Source: Craspedostauros australis (lineage: Eukaryota). From it: a stretch of DNA of 58,991 nt. The position numbers were made by a program, and so were the translations under genes. The notes beneath the pieces were generated by a model. It worked only from the letters and a program-made list of their open reading frames with translations, did no database searches and was not told the origin of the DNA. Location: positions 1 through 58,991 of the forward strand of contig JALAGF010003725.1 of the NCBI GenBank assembly GCA_030167865.1, written 5' to 3'. Of the stretch, positions 41,091-51,967 are shown one piece after another. The stretch's first letter is position 1. Each line of letters begins with the position of its first letter.

Positions 41091-43314
41091 AGCGGACAGC
41101 GAGCGGTCTCTGCTCGAGAGGAGCAACATGGAAGGGATGTCGTCGAGCACTCAATAGCACTCGCGCATCCGAGTATAATATGTAGAATAGAGTATCATAA
41201 TAGTCGAGCAAGTTGTCCTGTTGCGTTCGTTGATCAAGTTGAAAACGTTCCTCGAGTACAGCAACGCTGAATGGCGCTTCTTCTACTCTATCTTTGTGTT
41301 TGTAGGTGGGTATAATACGACCGAGGAAACACGCATTGCATGACAGTATGTCTGTCGCCCGCTAACGATGGTATTCGTCTGTGTGTCGAGAGGCATGTCG
41401 CCAACGTCGCGGACAACTCAACGACTACAGGCCCGTCACAGGGACGGTGAGCAATCGGGCAAAAATGAAACCAAGCACGTGGAGGTGTGCAGTACGTGTA
41501 AGAGGTGGTCTGCCGCAGAAATATATGACGGTGGTTTTTCTGTTGTTTCTGGTCTCCTCCGGAGAATGACCATGACGAAGGAACAAAGAACAAGGCGGGG
41601 CTGAAATGGCCCTTTGCGGCGTCGCGGGCACGAGCGATCGGTCCGAAGAGAGGTAAAGTTCCACCGTCTCGAAAGAAGACCGAACAAACAGACCATCCAA
41701 CCAAAAGACTGGAGGAACAGTTCTTTGGAACTGACAGCTTTCGTAACCTGCGTTGACGTTCGAATCGAAAGCGCGGGTTCGGATGTTCCTCCCGTTTGTT
41801 CGTGCCTCGTGTTTGGAACGAGAAACCACATCAAGATTGAACGACGATGGTGCCGACGACCGCGGGTGGGAATCTTGACCATGGCGCTTTATTCTTTTTC
41901 GGCGGTGGTTCCGTTCCGTTCCGCCGGGCACGATGTGGCGCTGCATGAATCTTGTGTTGAGCTTGCACGAGAGCGATCAGTTGGAGGAGCTCCGCGGATA
42001 ACCTGGGAGGGCAACATGGGGAAAACACGCGCTGCCGAGTAATAACACGTCGTCGCTCGTGGGTTGACCAGATGCATGAAACGACGCTCCACACTCTACG
42101 CTCTGCTATACACTGCTCCTCCCCTCTGTTTTGGGTTGGATTGGACCGTTGTGCCTTCTCTGGTTCTGGGTTTGGAGGATGCTGTGTGGATTCCCGCGGG
42201 TTCTGTTGCTTTTATCGTTGTTGTTCCTTGGGTTTTGCAGTTGTATCGTTCTGGTTGTGGCAGAGAAAGAAGGAAGAAAGGAAGGAGGGGTCATGGACGT
42301 GCGTGCGAGCGTCGATGTCACGGAGAAGAGCGCAAGGCCCATCCACACAAGGGTGTTGGTGGTTGTCATGTCATCACATGTCGAGGAGGGAGAGAGAGGG
42401 CGCTGGGACTCCATTGACCTTGCACAGAACGCTCTTTTGGTGGGAGTTCACTTCGCAGCTTCGCGCACAGCGCAGTAGCGAAATGGCGAAAGAAGGTACT
42501 CTATCCGTACGACTACTCGCAGGTCGTACGATCTACTGTGCAGTCTTGCGCAGAACAAGAAAAGCCGGCGTCAAGAAAAAGGAAGGCCATTGGCAGAGAC
42601 CACGAACAGGCGTGTGGCGTGTTCGCGGCTTCTTTGCGCCCTTGTGTTTGCGTGTTTTTTGTGGCGGTTCCTGTCTTGTTACTGGTGTCATGTGACATCA
42701 CTCACGTCACATCACCACAGTACACCATTTTACGCATCGTCTACGTACGCGTGGAGCACTTGGCTCTTGTGTACGAGCTGCTACTCGCAGCAGAACACTC
42801 CCAAGAGTTTCTTCGCACCCGCCCTGGCTGTCGTGCGCGTTACAGTACGGGCAAGTAGTAAAACGGGTACAGAAACAAACAGAGAAAGAAAGAAGCATGT
42901 GGGCAACAGAACAACGCGAACAATACGGTTGCCGCTACGCAAACCCGTGTTGGGCGAGAGTTTGTTTCATGCCGCTTCCGGACAACCACGTAAACCGCGC
43001 ACGAGTTTTTGCCACGAGGGCGTGCCAAACCACACCAACAGAGCTTACAGCGCGAGTTACACAAACACACACACTCTCGTGTGGAGTCTGCGCGATTTTC
43101 GGAGTGCACAGACGGCAGTTTGCCACCACCCCAGCCATCCACCTCCGCCAGGTTGCCATAATTCTTGTTCTCAACATTCTGCATGCCCCTTTGCGTAACA
43201 TACTACACACTTGCACTACCTTGCACCATACACACAAGCTAAGGCTCTGTCTGCACAAGCAATAAAAGCAATCACAGCATCAACAACAACAAACAAACCA
43301 ACAATACCACCACG

Positions 43315-43878
43315 ATGAGCAACACAGCCACCAAGAAGCAAGATGACAAGGCCCTTTGCAAGATGGGCTGCGGATTCTTCGGCTCTTCCGCCACCTGCGG
43401 CTTTTGCTCGCAATGTTTCATGGTGCACATGAAGAAGAAGCAGCAGAAGAGCACCGCCCAAGCAGCCTCAGCCTCACCAGCAACCACCACCACCACAGCA
43501 ACCAAGCCAACACCCTCCAACAAAGCAGCCACAGCAGCCGTTGTTCCCGCCACCGCCGTCGCCACGTCCGCAAGAACGGCATCGAAGAAGCGAACGCGGC
43601 AAGACCTCGAAGGCAGCGTGGCCAGCAGCGCCACCGGCGATGTTCGCAATTGCGCATCGCACACATGCGAATCGACCACCAAGCCTTGCCTCACTGCCAC
43701 CGCAAGCGCCACATCGGCAGCTCCGCAACGCAAGAAGAAGCGCTCCAAGGGATACAAGAACATGCTGGCCGGCATCATGAACAAGTCCGCAGCCTCGGAG
43801 CGATCCGCCGACAGCGAGAGAGACGACCTCCGCAAGAGCCTCGGTGGCGGGGCCTTTGAGAAGGTTGCCAAGATCTAA
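43315..43878 (+). CDS. A20-type zinc-finger protein lacking an AN1 finger, 187 aa
   Basis: LCKMGCGFFGSSATCGFCSQCF is the zf-A20 signature, followed by an Ala/Thr-rich linker and a basic C-terminus. Preceded by an A/C-rich leader. Confidence 0.88.
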   Translation: MSNTATKKQDDKALCKMGCGFFGSSATCGFCSQCFMVHMKKKQQKSTAQAASASPATTTTTATKPTPSNKAATAAVVPATAVATSARTASKKRTRQDLEGSVASSATGDVRNCASHTCESTTKPCLTATASATSAAPQRKKKRSKGYKNMLAGIMNKSAASERSADSERDDLRKSLGGGAFEKVAKI

Positions 43879-45370
43879 AAGCGGCCGCGCTCAAGCAAAG
43901 CACACGGAAGCTAGCGGCGACGCAGACTGGTTGCAAGAGGGATGAAGAAGACCGCGCGTATGGTGTTGCCCAACGAACCGCATCATTGCGCGCAAAGGCA
44001 CACGCGAGCAGAAGGAAACACAACGCGACAGCCATACCACGGCTCGTAGAGCACCATCCGCCCCCATGTAATACTGACTCCACCAGCCGTCTCAACCCAA
44101 TCCGCTCACCTCCAACACTCACTGTAACAACAAGTAACAACGATACCATTGCACACATGATATCTTCTGCAAACTACGACGGGTACGAATGCGTGTGTGT
44201 GCGTGTGCCACCCCAACCTCCTCTTCTCATGCGCGTCCCTTTGATGCTGCGGCGTTTGCTCTGTTCGCCTGATCAATCGTTTGGCGGTTCTTTTGCGTCC
44301 GACCACAATCTCCGCCGTCTTCTCTATCTCTGTACTTGTTTCGGCATCGCTCCTCGCATTCCGGAGACGTTGGCGCTGTGCTTCCAAGAGGGGCGCATTC
44401 TACTCTCTGGAGGGTGCTACCAGTCTGCCCCAGACTAATAGCTCGCACATCCTGTGAAATGGACCGATTGCGGACGAGCCTGGGCGAAACAACTGCTCCA
44501 CCCCACGCACATGACGATGCGCACGCGACGTTCTGCTCGAAAGTGAGAAACGTCCATTGCCTCGCCTCCGCTTTCTGGTTGGTCCACCGCGCAGCGTCGC
44601 ATGGTAATGAATCAAAAGGAATCCGCGTTCCTGCGCGATGATTGACATATCTCACGACTGCCAACTGCGCAGACATTCGTGCAAGTACAATGGCCCAGGG
44701 CCTACGACTCTTGATTCCACCCTCCTCGCGATTGTGCGGCCTCGCGCACCATGCCGTGCTATCATAGCCAAACCTCTTCCGCGTGTAGGGGTGTGGATAA
44801 AGGCAGGGTGAAAAAACTATTTGATCAGAACAGAACAGAATGCCATAGAGCGCTCCAAGCTATTGGCGACCTCTACTTGTGCAGCGGGGGTGCTGTGCTG
44901 AAGAAGCTTCTTCTTTCGCCGCGCGTAGACTCGCACCGATGACCTTTCATGCCCCGAGACTCCAGGGCCCCCACTCCCCGACAATGAATGAGTTGATGCC
45001 TTCCTTGCTCATGGCGCAAAACATCGGCAACGTGGCCGTCGATGACTCTCCCACCAAACTCGCATTTACTAAATGAACAGCTCATGGTGGTGCGTGTGAT
45101 ACGTGCACCTACCAATCCTCGCACGACTATGTACCAACCATACGCTGTGAGTGCCATCGCGAGGATGGTACGATGAGAATGTAACTAATATAATACAAAC
45201 GCATCGTTATCGATCGATCTACTCGCAGTCTATATAGCCGTAATATCTTGTGGAGAAGTCCTACGACAACCGCAGCTCGATGTCTGAATCACTATCCAGA
45301 TTCACAAACTTTGGTGATTGTGGTGATGCCTTCACTGTCTCCATGTCGCTCTCGCTGATGTCATCGCTGT

Positions 45371-46699
45371 TCATCCTGCTTTGCCGCTGTCAGTACCACT
45401 GCCAGAATCAGCAACAGCTGTGAAACCACTGCCCTGGCTTGTCGTTGTGGCAACATCATCAACCTCGTGATCGTTGGCATGAGCATGAGCATGAGCACTC
45501 TCATCGTAAGAGTGAGAGTGCGAAGATTCAAGACCGTCCCCGATGGCGATGCCACCCTCTTCAATGTACATGTGCCTACTGTTGCTCTCGCCGCCACCGT
45601 ATCCACCATCCAAACCTGACATGCGTTTGATTGTCAACGTGCAAGACAACGTATGCGACATGCAAGCCGTCAGCAGCATACCGCAGTGGAACACGTAGGC
45701 GACGTAGTAGTCTCGGCGCAGCGTGGTTACGCTTTCGCCAAAGATCAGCGCGACTCCTCCGATGTAGATCAGCAGCATGAAGCCGATCGTCCATTGGATG
45801 CACGCCACGCACGCGGCGGCGATGGATGTCGGCAGGAAGAGGAACGAGGTATTGTCGTGGACCGTCGCAGCTCGCAGCATCGTCGAAGATGCGACCCAGA
45901 AGAGCGCGTACACTAAGTACCACGCATGCTCCGAGACGTAGATCAACTGGTAGCACATCGGCTCATCCAGGATGCCGAAGTCTTCGATGCTCGTCGCTGT
46001 GCCGCGCTCGCCCTCTCTATCGGCGTGACCATCATCTGGATTGAGGTTTCTGAGTGAGAAGGTGGACACGGTCTTGGGATCTGCCGAGCACCAGATGCAG
46101 CCGATGATGATGCCGAGCAACGCAAGGAGAGACGAGGACTGGAATACCTTGAGGAAACGATGTCCGCAGCATCGCGGATCCGACAGCGAATGGCGGAATG
46201 CCTCGCAGACGAATCGATCTTGCTCCAGCAAACTGTGCGTGGCAAAGAAGAATGCCAATCCGTACGTGACATAGTATCCCAGGAAACCCTTGCCATCGTT
46301 GATGCTGGAGTTGGGGAATACCAAATGTGCCGTGCCCCATAGCATGAAAGCCAACGCCATGTACATCTGGGTCTGGATTCCCGATTTCCGGATCAGCTGC
46401 TGCGGGCATGGTGGGAAGTCTCTTCTGTCCTGCAGCTCCTGCTCGTCTTTTTCGCTGTCCTGCTGTTGCTGCTGTATTTGCTGCAGCTGCTGCTGCTGCG
46501 TCCTTCGCAGATGTAAGGCCAGCAGGAGCATGGTCACCGCGACAAAGAAGTCGGATCCCCAATTGGCAATCGAATTGTCGACGCCTTCCGTGCTGCAGGG
46601 CTCATGGATGCATTCCGGTGCGTATGTTTCGATGCCGAATGAGAATGCACCGTAGATGATCGTGAGCGCGATGGGACCGACAGGAATGCAGGACTTCAT
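45371..46699 (-). CDS. Multi-pass (about 7-8 TM) membrane protein of unknown function, 442 aa
   Basis: Single ORF with repeated hydrophobic segments, a poly-Q loop, intramembrane polar residues (NWGSDFF, WGTAHL, YVFHC) and a His/acidic C-tail. Family not established. Confidence 0.8.
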   Translation of the reverse strand: MKSCIPVGPIALTIIYGAFSFGIETYAPECIHEPCSTEGVDNSIANWGSDFFVAVTMLLLALHLRRTQQQQLQQIQQQQQDSEKDEQELQDRRDFPPCPQQLIRKSGIQTQMYMALAFMLWGTAHLVFPNSSINDGKGFLGYYVTYGLAFFFATHSLLEQDRFVCEAFRHSLSDPRCCGHRFLKVFQSSSLLALLGIIIGCIWCSADPKTVSTFSLRNLNPDDGHADREGERGTATSIEDFGILDEPMCYQLIYVSEHAWYLVYALFWVASSTMLRAATVHDNTSFLFLPTSIAAACVACIQWTIGFMLLIYIGGVALIFGESVTTLRRDYYVAYVFHCGMLLTACMSHTLSCTLTIKRMSGLDGGYGGGESNSRHMYIEEGGIAIGDGLESSHSHSYDESAHAHAHANDHEVDDVATTTSQGSGFTAVADSGSGTDSGKAG

Positions 46700-47984
46700 T
46701 GTATTCTATTCTAGAGAGAGAGAGCCTGTGAATTTGGACGAGGATATATTGTATTGTGATGTGATGTGGATTTGGATGCGGTTGTTGCTGGGGGCGAGCA
46801 CTGCAGCTTGTGCTTGTTCTTGCAAAGTTGGCGACGCTGAATTGGATGGGTCGATTTCGTAGTCAGTACCGTACTCCCGTGTGCATGTCCTCAGAAATCT
46901 GGGGGACCTGGAGGAGTTGATGGCGGGTTGATGTGGTTTGGGGCGATGTTGGAAACAATCACAACCAACTGCTTGACTAACCGTGGAGCCACACAACCAA
47001 GCAACCGTGCTCGTCGCCCAAAACGCAGCACACAGTGCGCAACCATGCGCAAGATAGAGGATGGCATGTCGAGGAGTATCACTCACACAGCTCGCAACAT
47101 GTGTCACCAAGCATGTTGTGATCTCTCTTCATCGCAGTCTCGCCGTACATTTGCTACGTTGTGTTTGAAATTTGGTTTGGCTCAATTTTGTGGCGACCGA
47201 ACTGCGCGGTGAGGAATATATCCACGTCTCAGAATGCATCTGTCCAATCATCGCGGTTCTCGTCCGGGACGGTACCATTTTCATGTGGCGGGCTGCGCGA
47301 AGTCAACATCGGCGTGAGTAGGAATGAGGCGATGACAAAACCACTTGTATCAACGACTTAAAACTGGAAAACGAACCGCTCCGAAAAACGAAACAGCTTC
47401 TCATTCAACACATCGCGACCACCAGGAAGATCGAGAAGCAAAAATACCCCCTTCGCTTGTGCCACCAGCCGCTGAAGGGAAGCCATGGGAGGATGGACCA
47501 ATTCGTCCCTGTGCTCTTAGTTTCCGCCATGATGGGCATCGCCGCTGCACCGCAATGATGGACAATACGACAACGGCGATGCAGATCAACGACGACAGCT
47601 CGTCGATCAACACCTCTGGCTCTCTCTCTCTGTGCTCGCGGAGAGAGGCTTGCTCGAATTGCACATCTGCTTGAATGGATTTGGTAATGTTCAATCATGA
47701 CCTACGTATAATTTCATGCATTCTGGTGGACTACTCAGTTTGGGATGATGTCGAATGATGGGCACCGTTCGCATGAGAAAGCAATAGCGTCGAGCGTCGT
47801 GCTTGGTTTGCGAGGGCTGTTCGAATGTCTCCACACCCAGGCTTTCGGAACCTCCCACGCATCCAACGTCGCATCCAATCTTTGCACATTTGCGCTCTGC
47901 TCAAGTCACGTTACTGCTTTCCAATCATCCCCTAATTCTTTCATGCATCATTCCTTCATCATTGGCAACACCACAACGTCCGCC

Positions 47985-48726
47985 TCAGGCAGGGAAGCCG
48001 TCATGCTGCGGAAGGTCAGGGGCCATGACGGCGTGACTGCCCTTATCCGCAACAAAGATGTTGCAGGTGGGCTTGATGGCCTCACCGGAAAGGGAACCAA
48101 GCGGTGCGACCTGGAGAGTTCAGCAGGAGTGTCGATGCCGCCCATGTTCAGGTGGTTGTCGTTGCAGCCGTCGATGGCATGAATGATTCGTGCAGTTGCG
48201 CGAATGCGAGCACATCATTGCGCGGAAACATCCAGCACATCAGCATCGCGCATAAGAAATGAGGAGCAAACATTGCAAAGATATTTGCGTGTGAGATCAA
48301 CTGAACGAAGATGAGAGGAAACCCAATGCACCTGTAAATGGCATGTCGAAGCGCCCCAAGCCAACCGAATCAAAGGCATGTGGTGGCAATGGACAACGAT
48401 ACGCGTGCGTGCAGTACATGGATGCACCGAGGCCAACGGATTGCACATCGTGCGCTTCTTACCTTGGTGTCCCCGATGAGCTTGTAGCAGAAGCTACCGC
48501 ACTTCTTGCAGCTCTTGCGCTGGACGCCGGAACCTTCGGTGTGCTCGTAGCTGATGAGGTCGTCGTCACCAGACTTCGCCTCCAGCTTTTCGAAGATACC
48601 AAGCTCCATGGGAGCCCCAGTTTGCTGACGGCACTGTTCGCAATGGCACCAAACGGCGAGGTTGGGTTCGCCGGTCACCTCGCCCTTGAAGTTGCCGCAC
48701 ATGCAGGACCATTCTCGTGTCGCCAT
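47985..48726 (-). CDS. GFA/CENP-V (Mss4-like) zinc-binding protein, 129 aa, 2 exons
   Basis: complement(join(47985..48110,48463..48726)); intron 48111..48462 (GTAAGA..TCCAG). Zn ligands CMCG, CHCEQCR and CKKCGS. Exon 2 (not in the ORF track) gives the typical GFA tail VAPLGSLSGEAIKPTCNIFVADKGSHAVMAPDLPQHDGFPA*. Confidence 0.92.
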
Positions 48727-49604
48727 TGTCGCAATTGGTCGTTACTTGTTGTTCGTTGCTGTGTGATGCTATCGTCGGTGCTGCTCCTTGGTGATGGCAG
48801 ATGGGCTGTTGCTGAATTTATGGCAACTGCGGTGGGCTTGTGGATTCGTTCTCGCTGGATGCGCTGTGCTGTATGGCAATCGTGCATACTCTGGAACGGG
48901 CTGCGAGTACTTGTTCGTAGTACCTCGCACAACACCAACGGCAGAACCAACACAGAGGAGCAAGAGGAACGAGGGAGCGGCTGTGGGTCTTGTTGTGGCT
49001 CTCGCTGTTGCAACTGTGACGATTTCGCCCCTGGCGGAAAAGAGGAACAACAAAGAAGGAGGGATCAGGTTGCCACGACATCGCGACGTGGTCGGGGGTT
49101 CTGATCGGGCTTGGTATCAATGCGAGTGACAAAATACCATTCTGCTCCTTTCTCGAGCGTGTCAGTCATCAGAACCCTTCACTCTTTCTCGTCCATTCTT
49201 CTCTCTTGTGGTCGTGTTCGCCGCGCATCAATTCGTGACTTCCGTGAACAAAACACCGAATCACGAACAGTTCGGAACCCGAGGCCAAACTAACGCTCTT
49301 CAAGTACCATAATGATCGACTCATCTGAATCAGTTTAACGTATCTTGTTATTCGTTCTCGCGTCACAAGCAAAACAAACTTCAACTTTGTGGGTGCGACA
49401 ACACAACCAAAAAGACGACGATGGCGACAACGACAACACACAAGATCTTGACAGGAATTGACGGCAGCGAAGATCCATCTCATTTCGAATGCCAATCAGT
49501 CACCACAACAACAAAACATACGAGCCGAGGAAACGTCGAACAAGTCTCCCCATCACACCATACAAGAGCGCTCGCACAAGAATAGCCAACGCAAGTCCGA
49601 AGCA

Positions 49605-51466
49605 ATGATGTTCAAGAGCCTCACAGTCACAGCCGCCTTGGTGCTGGCATCGCAGGTGCAGTGCACCGGCGCCTTCGTGTCGCCGGCTGTTGCCGCGCAG
49701 AGATCTCAGCAGAGTCAAGTGTCCCCGTTCGGTGATGTCGCCACCATTTCAACGGTGCAAGCCAGCAGCAGCAGCAGCAGCACGTCGCTGCAGATGGCCA
49801 AGAAGCTCCAACCAGGAGACCCGGTCATGTTGGTCGGTCCAGGATTCCTGCAGTTGGTGATCGCCAAGCACGCGAAGGCCGCGGGATTGAGACCGATCGT
49901 CGTCGCGCCACAGGCCAAACTTGACTCCTTCTTCACCAACATCCTCCTCGATGAGGAGATCAAGAACGATTCCACCATCGGCATGCCCGAGAACGGCGAC
50001 CCGTACTTCGGAGAATTGAAGGGGGTAGTCTTTTGCGCCGAAGACGCCATCCTGCCATCGGACTTTATCAACCGCGTCCTCGACTTCACCCACGAGGGCA
50101 AGTCCGCCTTTGCCGATAGCGAAGTCACGCGCGCCATCTGCCTCTTGCCAGTCGAGGACAAGATCCAAAAGGAGAAGACCAGCAGCTGGATTCCGATCTT
50201 CAACAACGACCGCACCGTGGCCATGAATTGGAAGAACTTCAAGGAAAAGTTCATGGCGCATCCCGTCTGGAAGAACGACGTCGGATCCATCATCCGTTTC
50301 GGATCCGTCTTCGGCGGATCCACTGATGGTGCTGAGTTCTTGAAGGATCTGGGTCTCGAGGAGGGAATGTACAAGGTGCGTCAAAGACTTGTCGTTGGTA
50401 CTGCTCTACGTACATCCAGTTGCATCAACATGCACTCGCCGTCACACCCACACCTGCATTTGTTGGTTTCAGGTTGATCACTGTCTTGATCACGCCATGA
50501 GGATCTCGTCGAGAAGTTTCGTCGTGTGCTTGTATGTATCGGTTACACATTTGATTTGCCAAATGCGCCGGGTCCTCTGATACTCTGCGCGTGATGGAAC
50601 GGGCCATCATCTTTCGACTATTTCTCACTGTCCATATTATGCTGCATACTCGCACATGTGCTAATGCTCTGCCTTGTACTCCTTCGCTCTACCATCCATT
50701 TACACCGCATCCATGCACCACCATGTCACGCGCTTTCACGTTCGGCGATTCCACTTCTTCCTCGCAATCAATTGCGGCACCGACATGCACCCACAATGTT
50801 GGTACTGTTTTTATTGCAATTTTCTCATTCCTCAATGACACCACTGTTGGACATCATGCCGTTACAAAAATGCATCGTTTGGCGACGACGACGACGACGA
50901 CGACCACCCCTCAAACAAATGAAAAACTCCACGTACGTACTCGTACGATGGGCGTCAATGCAAATCGGAATGCAAATACAATACAAATGCAATTGGAACT
51001 ACGGCTGCGCCTGCCGAAACGAAAATATTTGGTTCGACGTGATGCGCAGATGTCGTTGGAGCAATACCGTGATCTGAGAGAACGCGCGTTCGACAGATAC
51101 CGTCTCGGAGCGCAAGTGCTGGAGGGCAACGGCGTCAACCCAAAGCCAGCCAACCAGGACAAGATGGAGGCCGAATTCATCTCAAAGAAGTACGGCGGCG
51201 AGATCCGGGAGGCCTTCAATATCCTTGGCGCATACCCAGAGCAGGACAGAGCATGCCGTCACACCGTCGCCGCTGCCGTCATCCAAAGCCTGATGCAGGA
51301 GGTTGGACAACCAGTCCCCAAGGAGATGACCATCCTCAGCAAGGCCGTGTCCGAATTGCCAACGTCGGAGGAATGGGATGAGATGTTCAAGAACCCAGGA
51401 CCAGCCGCATGGCCGGATCCATTCACATTCTCGCCGGAGCAGTACGACCTCGAAGTCAAGAAGTAA
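49605..51466 (+). CDS. Plastid-targeted protein with atypical SDR/NAD(P)-binding Rossmann-like features, ~395 aa, 2 exons
   Basis: join(49605..50375,51050..51466); intron 50376..51049 (GTGCGT..CGCAG, phase 0). Targeting MMFKSLTVTAALVLASQVQCTGA|FVSP. VMLVGPG, IIRFGSVFGG and ACRHTVAAAVIQSL are reminiscent of atypical SDRs. The fold call is tentative. Confidence 0.8.
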
Positions 51467-51967
51467 TCGCGCTGATTTGAAACTCAAGAAAAGTCGCCCC
51501 GCCATCGATTGATGAATGCTCCGGTGCATTGCAGCGTGAGTCGCACACCACACAAGACGGAATCTTTGCGATAGAATACGTCGTGGTACGCTGTGTCACA
51601 TCACGGCGGTATTCCCGTCCTCATTCCGTACGATAATGATACATCGAATTATCCACAGTTTCCGATGCACCCCTCTCAGCTGCATCGATGCCTATTATTA
51701 CAGGAATCCAGGCGCACCCGTGCGCAAGTACGTTTGTACTGGGAGAGTACGGTGCGCTCACCCGTACTCGTACGTATAATATGCTCGTAAATCAATGCAA
51801 TTCTCGGCAGCGTTAACACACATGCTAGTTGCATTTGCTCTTACATTCGTTGTTGCATTCTTGGGGAACCCACGTCTATTCCTCTTCTTGATCCGACCCA
51901 ACCTGATTCAGTACGCTCCGTCTCATTCTGCTGCAGAGTATGCCATTTCATTCGACTCCGGCACACC

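Noticed and set aside
51744-51769. Small inverted repeat GAGTACGG...CCGTACTC between convergent genes
   Set aside because: Only an 8-bp stem, with no U-tract, target-site duplication or second copy; compatible with chance.
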